Shown: positions 9,809 to 18,770 of the stretch, piece by piece | How positions within the stretch are numbered: the stretch's first letter is position 1 | Layout of the letters: each line of letters opens with the position of its first letter | Source of the DNA: an uncultured delta proteobacterium | GTDB lineage: Bacteria; Myxococcota_A; UBA9160; SMWR01 | NCBI GenBank assembly: GCA_963832165.1 | Contig: CAWHTE010000003.1 | Span: 640,001 to 704,000 of the forward strand | Length of the DNA stretch: 64,000 nucleotides | Direction: 5' to 3' | Position numbers and translations under genes: made by a program | The notes under the pieces: generated by a model | The model's database searches: none | The model's input: only the letters and a program-made list of their open reading frames with translations | Told to the model about the DNA's origin: nothing

Positions 9809-10343
9809 GTGTCGCCGCGGACTCGTGCTCGATCGCGAGCTCCACCATGAGCTCGTCGGCGAGCTTCTCGAGCGCGATGCGCAGCTCGTCGGGATCGGCG
9901 TTGCCGGGAAGTCGCAGCCACGCTTCCGCATGGAACAGCGTCTCGCCGGACATCGGCGCGCTGCTCGTGTGCGACTCGAGCTCCTCCACGTTTACGCCGC
10001 GCTCGGCGATCGCGCGCGAGATCTCGCGCACGATTCCGGGTCGGTCGAGACCGACGAGCTCGAGCCGCAGGCGCGGCGCCGATGCGTCGGGTCCGGCGCC
10101 GATCGCCGGCTCGACGATCACGCGCAACCCGCGCGCTTCGAGCGCGCGCAGCGCGCCCGTGAGCTCGTTCGCGCGCGTCTCGGCGACGCTCACGCGCAAG
10201 AGGCCGACGAAGTGGCCCGCGAGATGCGCCATGCGACTCTCGAGCCAGTTCGCACCGTGGTCGGCCACGGTCTTCGCGAGCGCTTCGACGAGACCGGGGC
10301 GGTCCGCGCCGATGATCGTGAGAACGAGCGATGCGCTGCTCAT
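9774..10343 (-). CDS. gcvR: Double ACT-domain protein, GcvR-like
   Basis: IGADRPGLV and VGLDRPGIVREIS ACT repeats; SAPMSGETLF. Confidence 0.8.
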   Translation of the reverse strand: MSSASLVLTIIGADRPGLVEALAKTVADHGANWLESRMAHLAGHFVGLLRVSVAETRANELTGALRALEARGLRVIVEPAIGAGPDASAPRLRLELVGLDRPGIVREISRAIAERGVNVEELESHTSSAPMSGETLFHAEAWLRLPGNADPDELRIALEKLADELMVELAIEHESAATPTPRGSARLRT

Positions 10344-10368
10344 CTTGACCTCCAAACCTTACGCTCGG

Positions 10369-10418
10369 CTCAGGAGAATCACTCCTGAGTCTCCCCCAAA
10401 CGGGTGAGGAAATCACCC
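10369..10418. promoter_or_regulatory. Cluster of inverted repeats upstream of gcvR
   Basis: CTCAGGAG-N5-CTCCTGAG (10369-10389); CTCCCCC-N4-GGGTGAG (10391-10408); GGGTGA-N5-TCACCC (10402-10418). Confidence 0.45.
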
Positions 10419-10754
10419 AAGCGAATTCACTCCTTTGGAGGACGCCCCGGGCCTGGCGAAGCCGTACGTTGCAGCCGGCAACGAGAGCGAGGGGGCATGG
10501 CACAGGCGAAACCCAGGGCCAGAGGTCGCCTACGGTGTGCGGGCCGCGCAAGGTGCGGTGGCTCGACCAATGCCCGTCTCTTCGCGAGCGCTGCCGCTGT
10601 GGTGCGATCGGTCCGCTTCAATACCAAGGTCCGCATCCCTTCCTGAAAGCGATCGCATCATCGAGGCCCGTTCCATGCCCCAGCAAGGAGCGGGCCTCAC
10701 CCATTCCTGGGGATGCGCGCACTCGCACGCGTGCGTGATAGGCTGCGGTTCGAC

Positions 10755-11135
10755 ATGGCCGAGCTCACAGTGCGCGATCGCGAAGAACCGGCAGCCGTCG
10801 CGCTCGCCGGCAGGGATCGCAGGCATCTGCGCGGGCTCGCACACGCGCTCGAGCCCGTTGTGCAGATCGGGGCGGCCGGGGTCACGCCGGCTGTCGTGTC
10901 CGCGCTCGATCGCGCACTCGGCGATCACGAGCTCGTGAAGGTTCGGATCACGCGCGAGCGCGACGAGCGCCGCGAGATCGCGGATGCGCTCGCGAGCGAG
11001 ACGCGCAGCGCGGTCGCGGGTCTCGTGGGACACGTGGCCGTGCTCTATCGACCCGCGCGCGAGCCGGAGCGGCGTCGGATCGCGCTGCCGTCGGCGAGAG
11101 GACGGGCGATTTCCGCCGCGCGCCACCGAGATTGA
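10755..11135 (+). CDS. yhbY: YhbY (CRM-domain) RNA-binding protein
   Basis: RHLRGLAHALEPVVQIG, HELVKVR, VGHVAVLYR. Confidence 0.9.
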   Translation: MAELTVRDREEPAAVALAGRDRRHLRGLAHALEPVVQIGAAGVTPAVVSALDRALGDHELVKVRITRERDERREIADALASETRSAVAGLVGHVAVLYRPAREPERRRIALPSARGRAISAARHRD

Positions 11136-11167
11136 CAGGCGCGCGCGCGCTGGGAAATCTTCGCGAC

Positions 11168-11851
11168 ATGTCCTTCCTGTCGCGCCGGACGGTGGTGATC
11201 GTGCTCGCCGCGATCGCATTGGTCGCCGTGTTCGCGACGCTGCGCCGGGCGCTCGGGATCGAGCTTCATCCCGAGGCGATCCGCGCCTCGGTCGACCGGC
11301 TCGGCGTCTGGGGCCCGCTGGTGTTCGTGGCGATCGTCGCGTTGCGCATTCCGCTCGCGGTGCCGTCTGCGATCGTGTTGATCGGCGGCGGGGTGGTGTT
11401 CGGCTCGATCGAGGGAACGCTCTACGGTGCAGCGGGTCTGTTGATCTCCGCGGTCATCGCTTTTCTCGGATCGCGCTGGGCAGGACGCGACGCGATCGAG
11501 CCCCGCGTCCCCGCGCGCATGCGTTACCTGTTCGACCTCGCGGGCTCGCGCATGGGAGCGCTCGTCATCGCGTTGGGGACGGCCTACCCACTGAGCATGA
11601 TCACGTCGTTTCACCTGGTCGCCGGCGTCACGAGCATGTCGTTGCCCGTATTCGCGCTCGCCGCGGGTACTGGGTCACTCGGGCGCGCGGCGCTCTACAC
11701 CTACTTTGGCAGTCGGCTGGTCGAAGCCGACCCGATCGAGATGCTCGGGGTCGGCGCGCTGTTCGCGGTGGCGTTGCTGCTTCCGCTCGCGCTGCCCGCG
11801 CCGCGCGCGTGGCTGCTCCAGGCGTTCGAGCGCCGCGATCCCCAGCCCTGA
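11168..11851 (+). CDS. TVP38/VTT (DedA superfamily) membrane protein
   Basis: LGVWGPLVFV, GGGVVFG..EGTLY; multiple TM segments. Confidence 0.8.
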   Translation: MSFLSRRTVVIVLAAIALVAVFATLRRALGIELHPEAIRASVDRLGVWGPLVFVAIVALRIPLAVPSAIVLIGGGVVFGSIEGTLYGAAGLLISAVIAFLGSRWAGRDAIEPRVPARMRYLFDLAGSRMGALVIALGTAYPLSMITSFHLVAGVTSMSLPVFALAAGTGSLGRAALYTYFGSRLVEADPIEMLGVGALFAVALLLPLALPAPRAWLLQAFERRDPQP

Positions 11852-11854
11852 GGT

Positions 11855-12457
11855 TCATGCCAGCGCGAGGCGCCGGTAGGCCATCAGATGGCGCAGCGCC
11901 GCGGCGAGATCGCCCGAGCTCTCGCACAGGCGCGCGACGTTGTAGTGCGCTTCGGCGCAGGTGGGATCACCCGCCAGGCACGCGAGATAGGCATCGCGCG
12001 CCTCGTCCACGCGCTGCTGATCCTCGAGCGCGACCGCGAGATTGAAATGAGCGGTGGCGTCGCCTGCGCGCGCCGCGAGCGCGGCGCGGTAGTGCGCCTC
12101 CGCGGCCGGGAGTCGCCCCGCTTCGTGTTCGAGGCAGCCCAGGTTCACGTGTGCGTCCGGATGCGCGGGCGCGAGTCCGAGGGCGCGCTCGTATGCGTCG
12201 CGCGCGCGCTCGGGATCGGTCGACTCGATCTCGCAGCCGAGCTCGTACCAGCCGTCGGCATCGCGCGTGCGCGCCGCACCCGCGGTCGGCAGCGCGAACA
12301 CGCGCGCCAGGCGGCCCTTCGCGTTGCGCGCGAAATCGAACGCGCGCTGGCTCTGCTCGGTACCGCACGGCGGCCGGGCTTCACGCCGGGCGCGCCGCAC
12401 GCTCTTGCGCGCGCCGCGCAGGTCCTGCAGCTCGTCCAGGAACGTGAGCTGCTCCAT
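11855..12457 (-). CDS. Tetratricopeptide-repeat protein downstream of ku
   Basis: About 4 TPR units (AHVNLG, AHFNLA, AHYNVA); 44 bp after the ku stop on the same strand. Confidence 0.85.
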   Translation of the reverse strand: MEQLTFLDELQDLRGARKSVRRARREARPPCGTEQSQRAFDFARNAKGRLARVFALPTAGAARTRDADGWYELGCEIESTDPERARDAYERALGLAPAHPDAHVNLGCLEHEAGRLPAAEAHYRAALAARAGDATAHFNLAVALEDQQRVDEARDAYLACLAGDPTCAEAHYNVARLCESSGDLAAALRHLMAYRRLALA

Positions 12458-12501
12458 TCATCCACCACCGTCCGCGATTGCGGACGTCACCCCAGATTCA
12501 C

Positions 12502-13362
12502 CTATCTGCGTGAGGAAGCCTTCCGCTTGCCCTTTGCCGCCGGCGCGGAACGCGCGGCGCGCTTGGGTCCCTTGCGCGCTGCGTCGGCGCCTCCGGTGTC
12601 TTCGAGGCTCGCGCGCAACGCCTCCATGAGGTCGATGATCTTCCCCTGCGGCTCGGGCGCCTCGACGAACGTGACTTCGTGGCCCTCGACCTTCTGTGCG
12701 ATCACCTGCTCGAGACGCTTCTTGACGGCGTCCTCGTACTTCCCGGGCTCGAACTCGTCGACGGCGATCTGTTCGATGAGCTTCTCGGCGAGCGCGAGCT
12801 CCGCGTCCGAGACCTTCGCGTCTCCGCGCTCGACTTCGTCGAACGAGCGCAGCTCGTCGGGATAGTGGAGCTGCTCGAGGATCAGTCCGCCCTGGAACGG
12901 TCGCACGAGCACGAGGTATTGCTTGCCGCGCGCGGCCCACGACGCGATCGCACAGCGCCCGGTCTTCTCCATGGCTTTGGAGAGCAACGCGTAGGGCTTT
13001 TCGCCGCCCTTGTCGGGGCCCAGGTAGTAGGCGCGTTCGAAATGCAGCGGGTCGACCTGCGCGAGCGGCAGGAACTCGCTGATCTCGATCATCTGCGAGC
13101 TCTCTTCCTCGAGCGCCTTGATCTCTTCGTTCGTGAAGGTGACGTACTTGCCCTTCGCGAACTCGTAGCCCTTCACGATCTCGTCGCGCGGAACGACCTT
13201 CTCATCGGTCGGGCACCAGTACTGCTGCTTCACACGCGTGCCGCACTGGTGGAGCATGTTGAACGAGATCTGGCCGCTCGATTCCGTGGTCGTGAAGAGC
13301 TTGATCGGAATCGAAACGAGCCCGAAGGAAATCGTTGCGGACGAGATCGCGCGCGCCGGCAT
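12502..13362 (-). CDS. ku: NHEJ Ku protein
   Basis: ISFGLVSIPIKL, EIVKGYE, YYLGPDKGGEKPY, IIDLMEALRASL and a basic C-terminal tail. Confidence 0.96.
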   Translation of the reverse strand: MPARAISSATISFGLVSIPIKLFTTTESSGQISFNMLHQCGTRVKQQYWCPTDEKVVPRDEIVKGYEFAKGKYVTFTNEEIKALEEESSQMIEISEFLPLAQVDPLHFERAYYLGPDKGGEKPYALLSKAMEKTGRCAIASWAARGKQYLVLVRPFQGGLILEQLHYPDELRSFDEVERGDAKVSDAELALAEKLIEQIAVDEFEPGKYEDAVKKRLEQVIAQKVEGHEVTFVEAPEPQGKIIDLMEALRASLEDTGGADAARKGPKRAARSAPAAKGKRKASSRR

Positions 13363-13424
13363 ATCAGAACCCTTACGTTAGCCGCCCTGGAGCGTCAACC
13401 ACACGGCGGGTAGGGGAGAGATCG

Positions 13425-15974
13425 GTGGCCCGGGGCGAACGGCTGAGCGATCGAGAGCGGCGCGGTCTGCGCGCCTATCGCGCCAAACGCCACGCCGACC
13501 GCACACCCGAGCCGTTCGGAGCGGAACGCGCGCATCGCCCGGGCTTGTTCGTCGTGCAGCAGCACGCGGCGCGCCGTCTGCACTACGACCTGCGTCTCGA
13601 GTGGCGCGGCGTGCTGCTGTCCTGGGCGGTGCCGAAAGGCCCCTCGCTCGATCCGGCCGAGAAGCGGCTCGCGGTGCAGGTCGAGGACCATCCGGTCGAA
13701 TACGCCGACTTCGAAGGGGTGATCCCCGAGGGGAACTACGGGGCCGGCGCGGTGATCGTGTGGGACCTCGGTCGCTGGCAGCCCGTGGAGGATCCGGACG
13801 AGGGGCTCGCGAGCGGCAAGCTGCTGTTCGATCTCGAGGGCTACAAGCTGCGCGGCCGCTTCACGCTCGTGCGCACGGGCGGGAAGAAGAAGCCCGACAG
13901 CCGCGACTGGCTCCTGATCAAGAAGCCGGACGCGTTTGCGAGCGACGCGGCCGATCCGCACGCGGACGCCTCCGTGCTCTCGGGGCTGACCCTGGACGAG
14001 CGGCGCGACGGCTCGCCGCGGCTCGCGGAGCTCACGCGCGCGATCGCGAAGGCGCGTCCACCACGCCGCGAGCTGCGCGCCTCCGCGCTGCGGCCGATGC
14101 TCGCCGAGCGGATCGACACGCCGTTCTCGAGCCCGGACTGGCTGTTCGAGGTGAAGTACGACGGCTATCGCATGATCGGCGCGCACGAGAACGGGGAAGG
14201 GCTCCTGTTCACGCGCAACGGCCGGCCTGCGGCGGACCGCTTTCCCGAGCTCGCGCGCGCGCTCGCGGCGCTTCCGGTCGAGCACGTGATCCTCGATGGC
14301 GAGGTCGCCGTCACCGATGCCGAAGGTCGCCCGAGCTTTGCGCGCCTGCAGCAGCGCGCGGCGCTCTCGAGCCCGCACGAGGTCGCGCGCGCGATGATCG
14401 AGAGCCCGGTCACCTGGTTCGTCTTCGATCTGATCGCGTTCGACGGCTACGACCTGCGCGATGTGCCGCTGCGCACGCGCAAGGAATGGCTCGCGCAGCT
14501 GATTCCGCCGCGCGGTCCGCTGCGGCTCGCGCCGTGGTTCGCCGAGCGCGGCGAAGACGTTTACGCGCAGGTCCGCGCGCACCAGCTCGAGGGAGTGGTC
14601 GCGAAAAAGCTCGATTCCCCGTACCGCTCGGCGCGCAGCCCGCTGTGGAAGAAGCTCCGTCTGCTCGCGAGCGACGACTTCGTGATCGCGGGCTACACCG
14701 CCGCGCGCGGCGGGCGCCCCGGCTTCGGCGCGCTCCATCTGGCTTCCCACGTGAACGGCGAGCTGCGTTACTTCGGCCGTGTCGGGACCGGCTTTCGCGA
14801 CGAGGAGCTCGTCTCGCTGCGCGAGTCGCTCGATGCGTTGCGCCGGTCTACGCCGCCTTGCGTCGGTGCGGTGCCGCAGACGCGCGGCAACGTCTGGGTG
14901 GAGCCGCGCCTCGTGGGCGAGGTGAGCTTCACCGAGGTGACCGATGCGGGAGCGCTGCGCCACCCGACCTGGATCGGATTGCGCGAGGACAAAGATCCCT
15001 CCGAATGCGTGCGCGCGGGGCCCGAGGACACGGAGCTCGAGCCGCCCGACGCGCCGTCCGCGCAGAGCGACGCGCCCGACGCGCGCGTGGTCCCGTTCAC
15101 GAATCTCGACAAGGTGTTCTGGCCCGACGACGGCACCACGAAGGGCGACCTGATCGATTACTACCGGCGGATCGCGCCGTGGCTCCTGACCTATCTGCGC
15201 GATCGGCCGCTCGTGATGACGCGCTATCCGGACGGCATCGCGGGCAAGAGCTTCTTCCAGAAGGATGCGCCTGCGTGGGTGCCCGGCTGGGTGCGCACCG
15301 AGCAGATGTGGAGCGAGCACGCCGAGCGCGAGGTCAACTACTTCGTGTGCGATGACCTGGAGTCGCTGCTCTACGTGATCAACATGGGCACGATTCCGCT
15401 GCACGTCTGGTCGAGCCGCGTCGCCGATCTCCAGCATCCCGACTGGTGCATCCTCGATCTCGACCCGAAGGGCGCGCCGTTCCGCGACGTGGTGGACCTC
15501 GCGCGCGAGATCCACACGATCTGCGACGACCTCGCGCTGCCCGCGTTCCCGAAGACGAGCGGCTCTTCTGGGCTCCACGTGCTGATTCCGCTGGGTGGAC
15601 GCCTCACGTTCGAGCAATGCCGCATGCTCGCGGAGCTGATCGCGCGCCTGATCGTCCAGCGCCGCCCCGAGATCGCCACGATCGCGCGCAGCGTGCGCGC
15701 GCGCGAGGGAAAGGTCTACGTCGACTTCCTGCAGAACGGCCACGGGCGTCTGCTGGTCGCGCCGTTCTCCGTGCGCCCGCTGCCGGGTGCGCCCGTATCG
15801 ATGCCGCTGCGCTGGTCGGAGGTGAACGCGCGGCTCGACCCGCTCCGCTACAACGTCCGCAGCGCGGCAGCGCGGATGCGGCGCCTCGGCGAGGATCCGC
15901 TCGTGCCCGTGCTCGGCCGCGCGCCCGATCTCGCGCGCGCGCTCGCGCGGCTCGCGGACGCGGTCGACTCGTAG
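13425..15974 (+). CDS. ligD: DNA ligase D (phosphoesterase-ligase-polymerase)
   Basis: PE domain HAARRLHYDLRLE/SWAVPKGPS; ligase EVKYDGYR, EGVVAKK; polymerase RYPDGI, DLDP, KTSGSSGLHV. Confidence 0.96.
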   Translation: MARGERLSDRERRGLRAYRAKRHADRTPEPFGAERAHRPGLFVVQQHAARRLHYDLRLEWRGVLLSWAVPKGPSLDPAEKRLAVQVEDHPVEYADFEGVIPEGNYGAGAVIVWDLGRWQPVEDPDEGLASGKLLFDLEGYKLRGRFTLVRTGGKKKPDSRDWLLIKKPDAFASDAADPHADASVLSGLTLDERRDGSPRLAELTRAIAKARPPRRELRASALRPMLAERIDTPFSSPDWLFEVKYDGYRMIGAHENGEGLLFTRNGRPAADRFPELARALAALPVEHVILDGEVAVTDAEGRPSFARLQQRAALSSPHEVARAMIESPVTWFVFDLIAFDGYDLRDVPLRTRKEWLAQLIPPRGPLRLAPWFAERGEDVYAQVRAHQLEGVVAKKLDSPYRSARSPLWKKLRLLASDDFVIAGYTAARGGRPGFGALHLASHVNGELRYFGRVGTGFRDEELVSLRESLDALRRSTPPCVGAVPQTRGNVWVEPRLVGEVSFTEVTDAGALRHPTWIGLREDKDPSECVRAGPEDTELEPPDAPSAQSDAPDARVVPFTNLDKVFWPDDGTTKGDLIDYYRRIAPWLLTYLRDRPLVMTRYPDGIAGKSFFQKDAPAWVPGWVRTEQMWSEHAEREVNYFVCDDLESLLYVINMGTIPLHVWSSRVADLQHPDWCILDLDPKGAPFRDVVDLAREIHTICDDLALPAFPKTSGSSGLHVLIPLGGRLTFEQCRMLAELIARLIVQRRPEIATIARSVRAREGKVYVDFLQNGHGRLLVAPFSVRPLPGAPVSMPLRWSEVNARLDPLRYNVRSAAARMRRLGEDPLVPVLGRAPDLARALARLADAVDS

Positions 15975-15977
15975 CGG

Positions 15978-17036
15978 CTACGAGCTGCGCTGGCGGAAGT
16001 TCGGGCAACCCGTGCAGATGTTCTTGCGCACGTGGCTGTGCGCGCGCTCCGAGAGCGGGCGCACGAACAGGCTGCGCGAGAAGCGGTACGACGCATTGTT
16101 CCAGATCTCCTCGAACGGCGTCACTTCGAGGTTGCCGAACGAGTTGCCGGGGTGCGTGGCATAGCAGCACGGCATCACGTCGCCGGCCGGGCTGATCACG
16201 GGGCTCTCGAAGAGCTGCGTGCAGCTTCCCTCGTGGATCGGCGCGCGCGTGGCGGAGTCGCGCTGGTAGCTCGGCGCGCGCGCAGCGACGTCGTCGGGCA
16301 GCCACTCGCGGCGGCGCTCCTCGATCGATTCGCCGATCGTGTAGTCGACCAGGTCGTCGGCGAGCCCGATCGGCGCGGTCGTGAACTCCACACCGAGCTC
16401 GCGCGCCATGCGCCGTGCCGTCGGGACCTCGTGCTGATTGTGGCGGTGCACGATGAACTTCCAGATGATCCGCGGCGTCTTGCTTCCGAGCCGGCGGCGC
16501 GCCTTCGCGAGACGCTCGAGATTCGCGATCGCGAGCCCGAAGTCGCCGCCCACGCGGTAGCGCGTGTAGGTCGCTTCGCTCGCGCCGTCGATCGACACCC
16601 ACAGCGAAGAGAGCCCCGCATCGATCAGCCGCTCGAAGAAGGCGTCGTCCTTCTTGAGCGAGAGGTTCGAGTGGGCGTGCACCTTGATCCCGCGCCTGCT
16701 CGCGATCGCGATGATCTCTTCGATCTGCGGGTGCAGCAGCGGCTCGCCCCAGTTGAACAGCATCAGCGTGCGCAGCTTCGGCAGCTGATCGAGGATCTTG
16801 GTGTAGAGCGGGAGCGTGAGGATGCCCTTGCCCGCGGACGTGCTGTGCCCGCGGCCGGTCGGGCACAATGGGCAGCGCAGGTTGCAGCGCGAGAGCGGAT
16901 CGATCGTGATCGAGCGCGGGCTGGGCGCTCGCCCGAGCGCGAACGGCAGATAGCGCACGGGCTGGAGCCAGCGCATCACGCGGGCGCGCGAGCGGCTGAG
17001 CGCAGAGCGCAGCGGGCTCGGGCCGATGCGAGCCAT
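15978..17036 (-). CDS. Radical SAM protein with SPASM/Twitch domain
   Basis: CNLRCPLC, NWGEPLLH, C-terminal C..GDVMPCC..CTGC. Confidence 0.9.
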   Translation of the reverse strand: MARIGPSPLRSALSRSRARVMRWLQPVRYLPFALGRAPSPRSITIDPLSRCNLRCPLCPTGRGHSTSAGKGILTLPLYTKILDQLPKLRTLMLFNWGEPLLHPQIEEIIAIASRRGIKVHAHSNLSLKKDDAFFERLIDAGLSSLWVSIDGASEATYTRYRVGGDFGLAIANLERLAKARRRLGSKTPRIIWKFIVHRHNQHEVPTARRMARELGVEFTTAPIGLADDLVDYTIGESIEERRREWLPDDVAARAPSYQRDSATRAPIHEGSCTQLFESPVISPAGDVMPCCYATHPGNSFGNLEVTPFEEIWNNASYRFSRSLFVRPLSERAHSHVRKNICTGCPNFRQRSS

Positions 17037-17866
17037 CAGACCTCTCCGCGCGCCGCACGCGGGCGTGTGGCGATCGGAAGCGTTTCGCGCGGGTCGAGCC
17101 GCCAGCGCCGCGTGATCTCCCCTTCGCCGCGGGTGTGATCGGCCCAGAGCGAGACCTCGAAGCCCGCGCGCGCGAGACGCGCGGCGAAGTCGCGCCCGTA
17201 CAAACGGCGATGGTCGCTCTGGCCGTAGAGGCGCTCGCGCGCCTCGGGCGTGGTGGCGGCGGGGTCTTCGCGCGTGCAGTCGAGTGCGAGCGCGATCGGG
17301 GCCGCAAGCATCGCCCAGCCGCCGGGCCGCAACACGCGGCGGATCTCGGCGAGCGCGCGCGAATCGTCCGCGACGTGCTCGAGCACGTGGTTTGCGATCA
17401 CGACGTCGAAATCGGCGTCGGGGTAGGGAAGCGCGGCCAGATCGATGCGGCGCAGACGCTGCGCCCACGGATAGAGCTCCGGCTCGAGGTCCCCCGGCTC
17501 GTAGTCGATGTTCGGGCTCGACGCGAAGTGCGCGTAGAGTCCGATCTCGGGCGCCACGTGCAGCACGCGTGCAGCGCGGTCGAGCAGATTCACCTCGCGC
17601 GAGAGATAGAGCCAGGCGAGGCGCGTGCGGCTGTCCGAGCGGCACACCGGGCAGGTGCGGCCGGGCCGGTGCTGCGCGCCCACCACGTCGAGCTCCCGCA
17701 GCACGGGCAGGTCGAAGCCCTCCGGCAGGTAGCGGCGCACGCGCGCCCCACACACCTGGCAGACGTGCCTCGCGCCCCACCAGAACCCGCGCTTGAGCGC
17801 GGGGCGCACGCGGTGCGGGACCACCTGGTCGAGCAACGCGCGCAGCGGACCGGCTTCGGCTGCCAT
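17036..17866 (-). CDS. Class I SAM-dependent methyltransferase
   Basis: CPVC..RTR, VLHVAPE, NHVLEHV, RVLRPGG, YGQSDH. Confidence 0.85.
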   Translation of the reverse strand: MAAEAGPLRALLDQVVPHRVRPALKRGFWWGARHVCQVCGARVRRYLPEGFDLPVLRELDVVGAQHRPGRTCPVCRSDSRTRLAWLYLSREVNLLDRAARVLHVAPEIGLYAHFASSPNIDYEPGDLEPELYPWAQRLRRIDLAALPYPDADFDVVIANHVLEHVADDSRALAEIRRVLRPGGWAMLAAPIALALDCTREDPAATTPEARERLYGQSDHRRLYGRDFAARLARAGFEVSLWADHTRGEGEITRRWRLDPRETLPIATRPRAARGEV

Positions 17867-17919
17867 CTCGCGGCTTATCGGCCGATTCTGCGCGCGGCTT
17901 TACCCCCGTCGGAGGGCGA

Positions 17920-18678
17920 TCAGAAGCGGAACGAGGCTCCGAACACGATGTGGTGCGTCTCGAGCTCCGGTTCGATCTCCACCTCGGTTTCGAAGCCGAA
18001 CGGAGAGCTCGCGACCTCGAGGTCCTCTTCGAAATGCGGCTCGACGTACGTGTACCGGTATTCACCGAAGAGTGCGAAGTGGCGTCCGATCGGAACCGCG
18101 AGCCCGAGGCGCCCGTCGAATCCGACGCCGAACCCCGCGGTGTCGAAGTCGTCGTAGAAGAAGTCGGCGGGGTTCGAAGGGGCGATCTCGTCCAGCTCGG
18201 CGTTGGCCACGGCGAGTGTGAAGCTGGGTCCGACCGCGAGGTACGGCTGCACCCGGCCGCCCGGATAATCCTCGTCCCAGCCCAGCGGCGCGCGCAACAT
18301 GAGCATGGGCGTCATCGGCGTCGCCCAGACCTCGAGCTCCGCGAGACTGTCGTCCTCGAAGGCGCGATAGGAAGAGAGGTCGAGTGCGACCCCGATGAAG
18401 CTGGGACCGAACTCTCCGAACCAGTAGCCGCCGCGCATGCCGAGCGACTCGGTGGTGTCCCAGTCGGCGTCGGATTGCTCGTACAGGAAGTTCAGGTCGT
18501 CATCGACGAACGGATCGTCGGCGTCCGCATCGATGTCGTTGTCCTGCGGAAAGCCCACGCCGAAATACAGGTCGAAGAATCCCTCGGCCGCCGCGGGAGC
18601 GGGTGCTCCTGCGACCACAGCCGCGAGCGCGAGCGACACCGAGAGCATTCGTGCGGAGACACGCGTGCAGACCATCAC
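17920..18678 (-). CDS. Outer-membrane beta-barrel protein
   Basis: Signal peptide, QPYLAVGP, LFGEYRY, C-terminal GASFRF. Confidence 0.8.
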   Translation of the reverse strand: MMVCTRVSARMLSVSLALAAVVAGAPAPAAAEGFFDLYFGVGFPQDNDIDADADDPFVDDDLNFLYEQSDADWDTTESLGMRGGYWFGEFGPSFIGVALDLSSYRAFEDDSLAELEVWATPMTPMLMLRAPLGWDEDYPGGRVQPYLAVGPSFTLAVANAELDEIAPSNPADFFYDDFDTAGFGVGFDGRLGLAVPIGRHFALFGEYRYTYVEPHFEEDLEVASSPFGFETEVEIEPELETHHIVFGASFRF

Positions 18679-18770
18679 TGACTCCTCTCACCGTTGGCGC
18701 GGCCGACCCCAACCCTAGCATCGGAGGGTCCGAGCCAGCGAGCTTTTGCCCAGCGCTACACTGCGCGACC

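Noticed and set aside
10345..10660. Possible glycine riboswitch upstream of the gcvR-like gene (CTTTCAGG and ACTCAGG on the minus strand)
   Set aside because: The GGAGA...CCGAAG aptamer core is not present in the required order and spacing.
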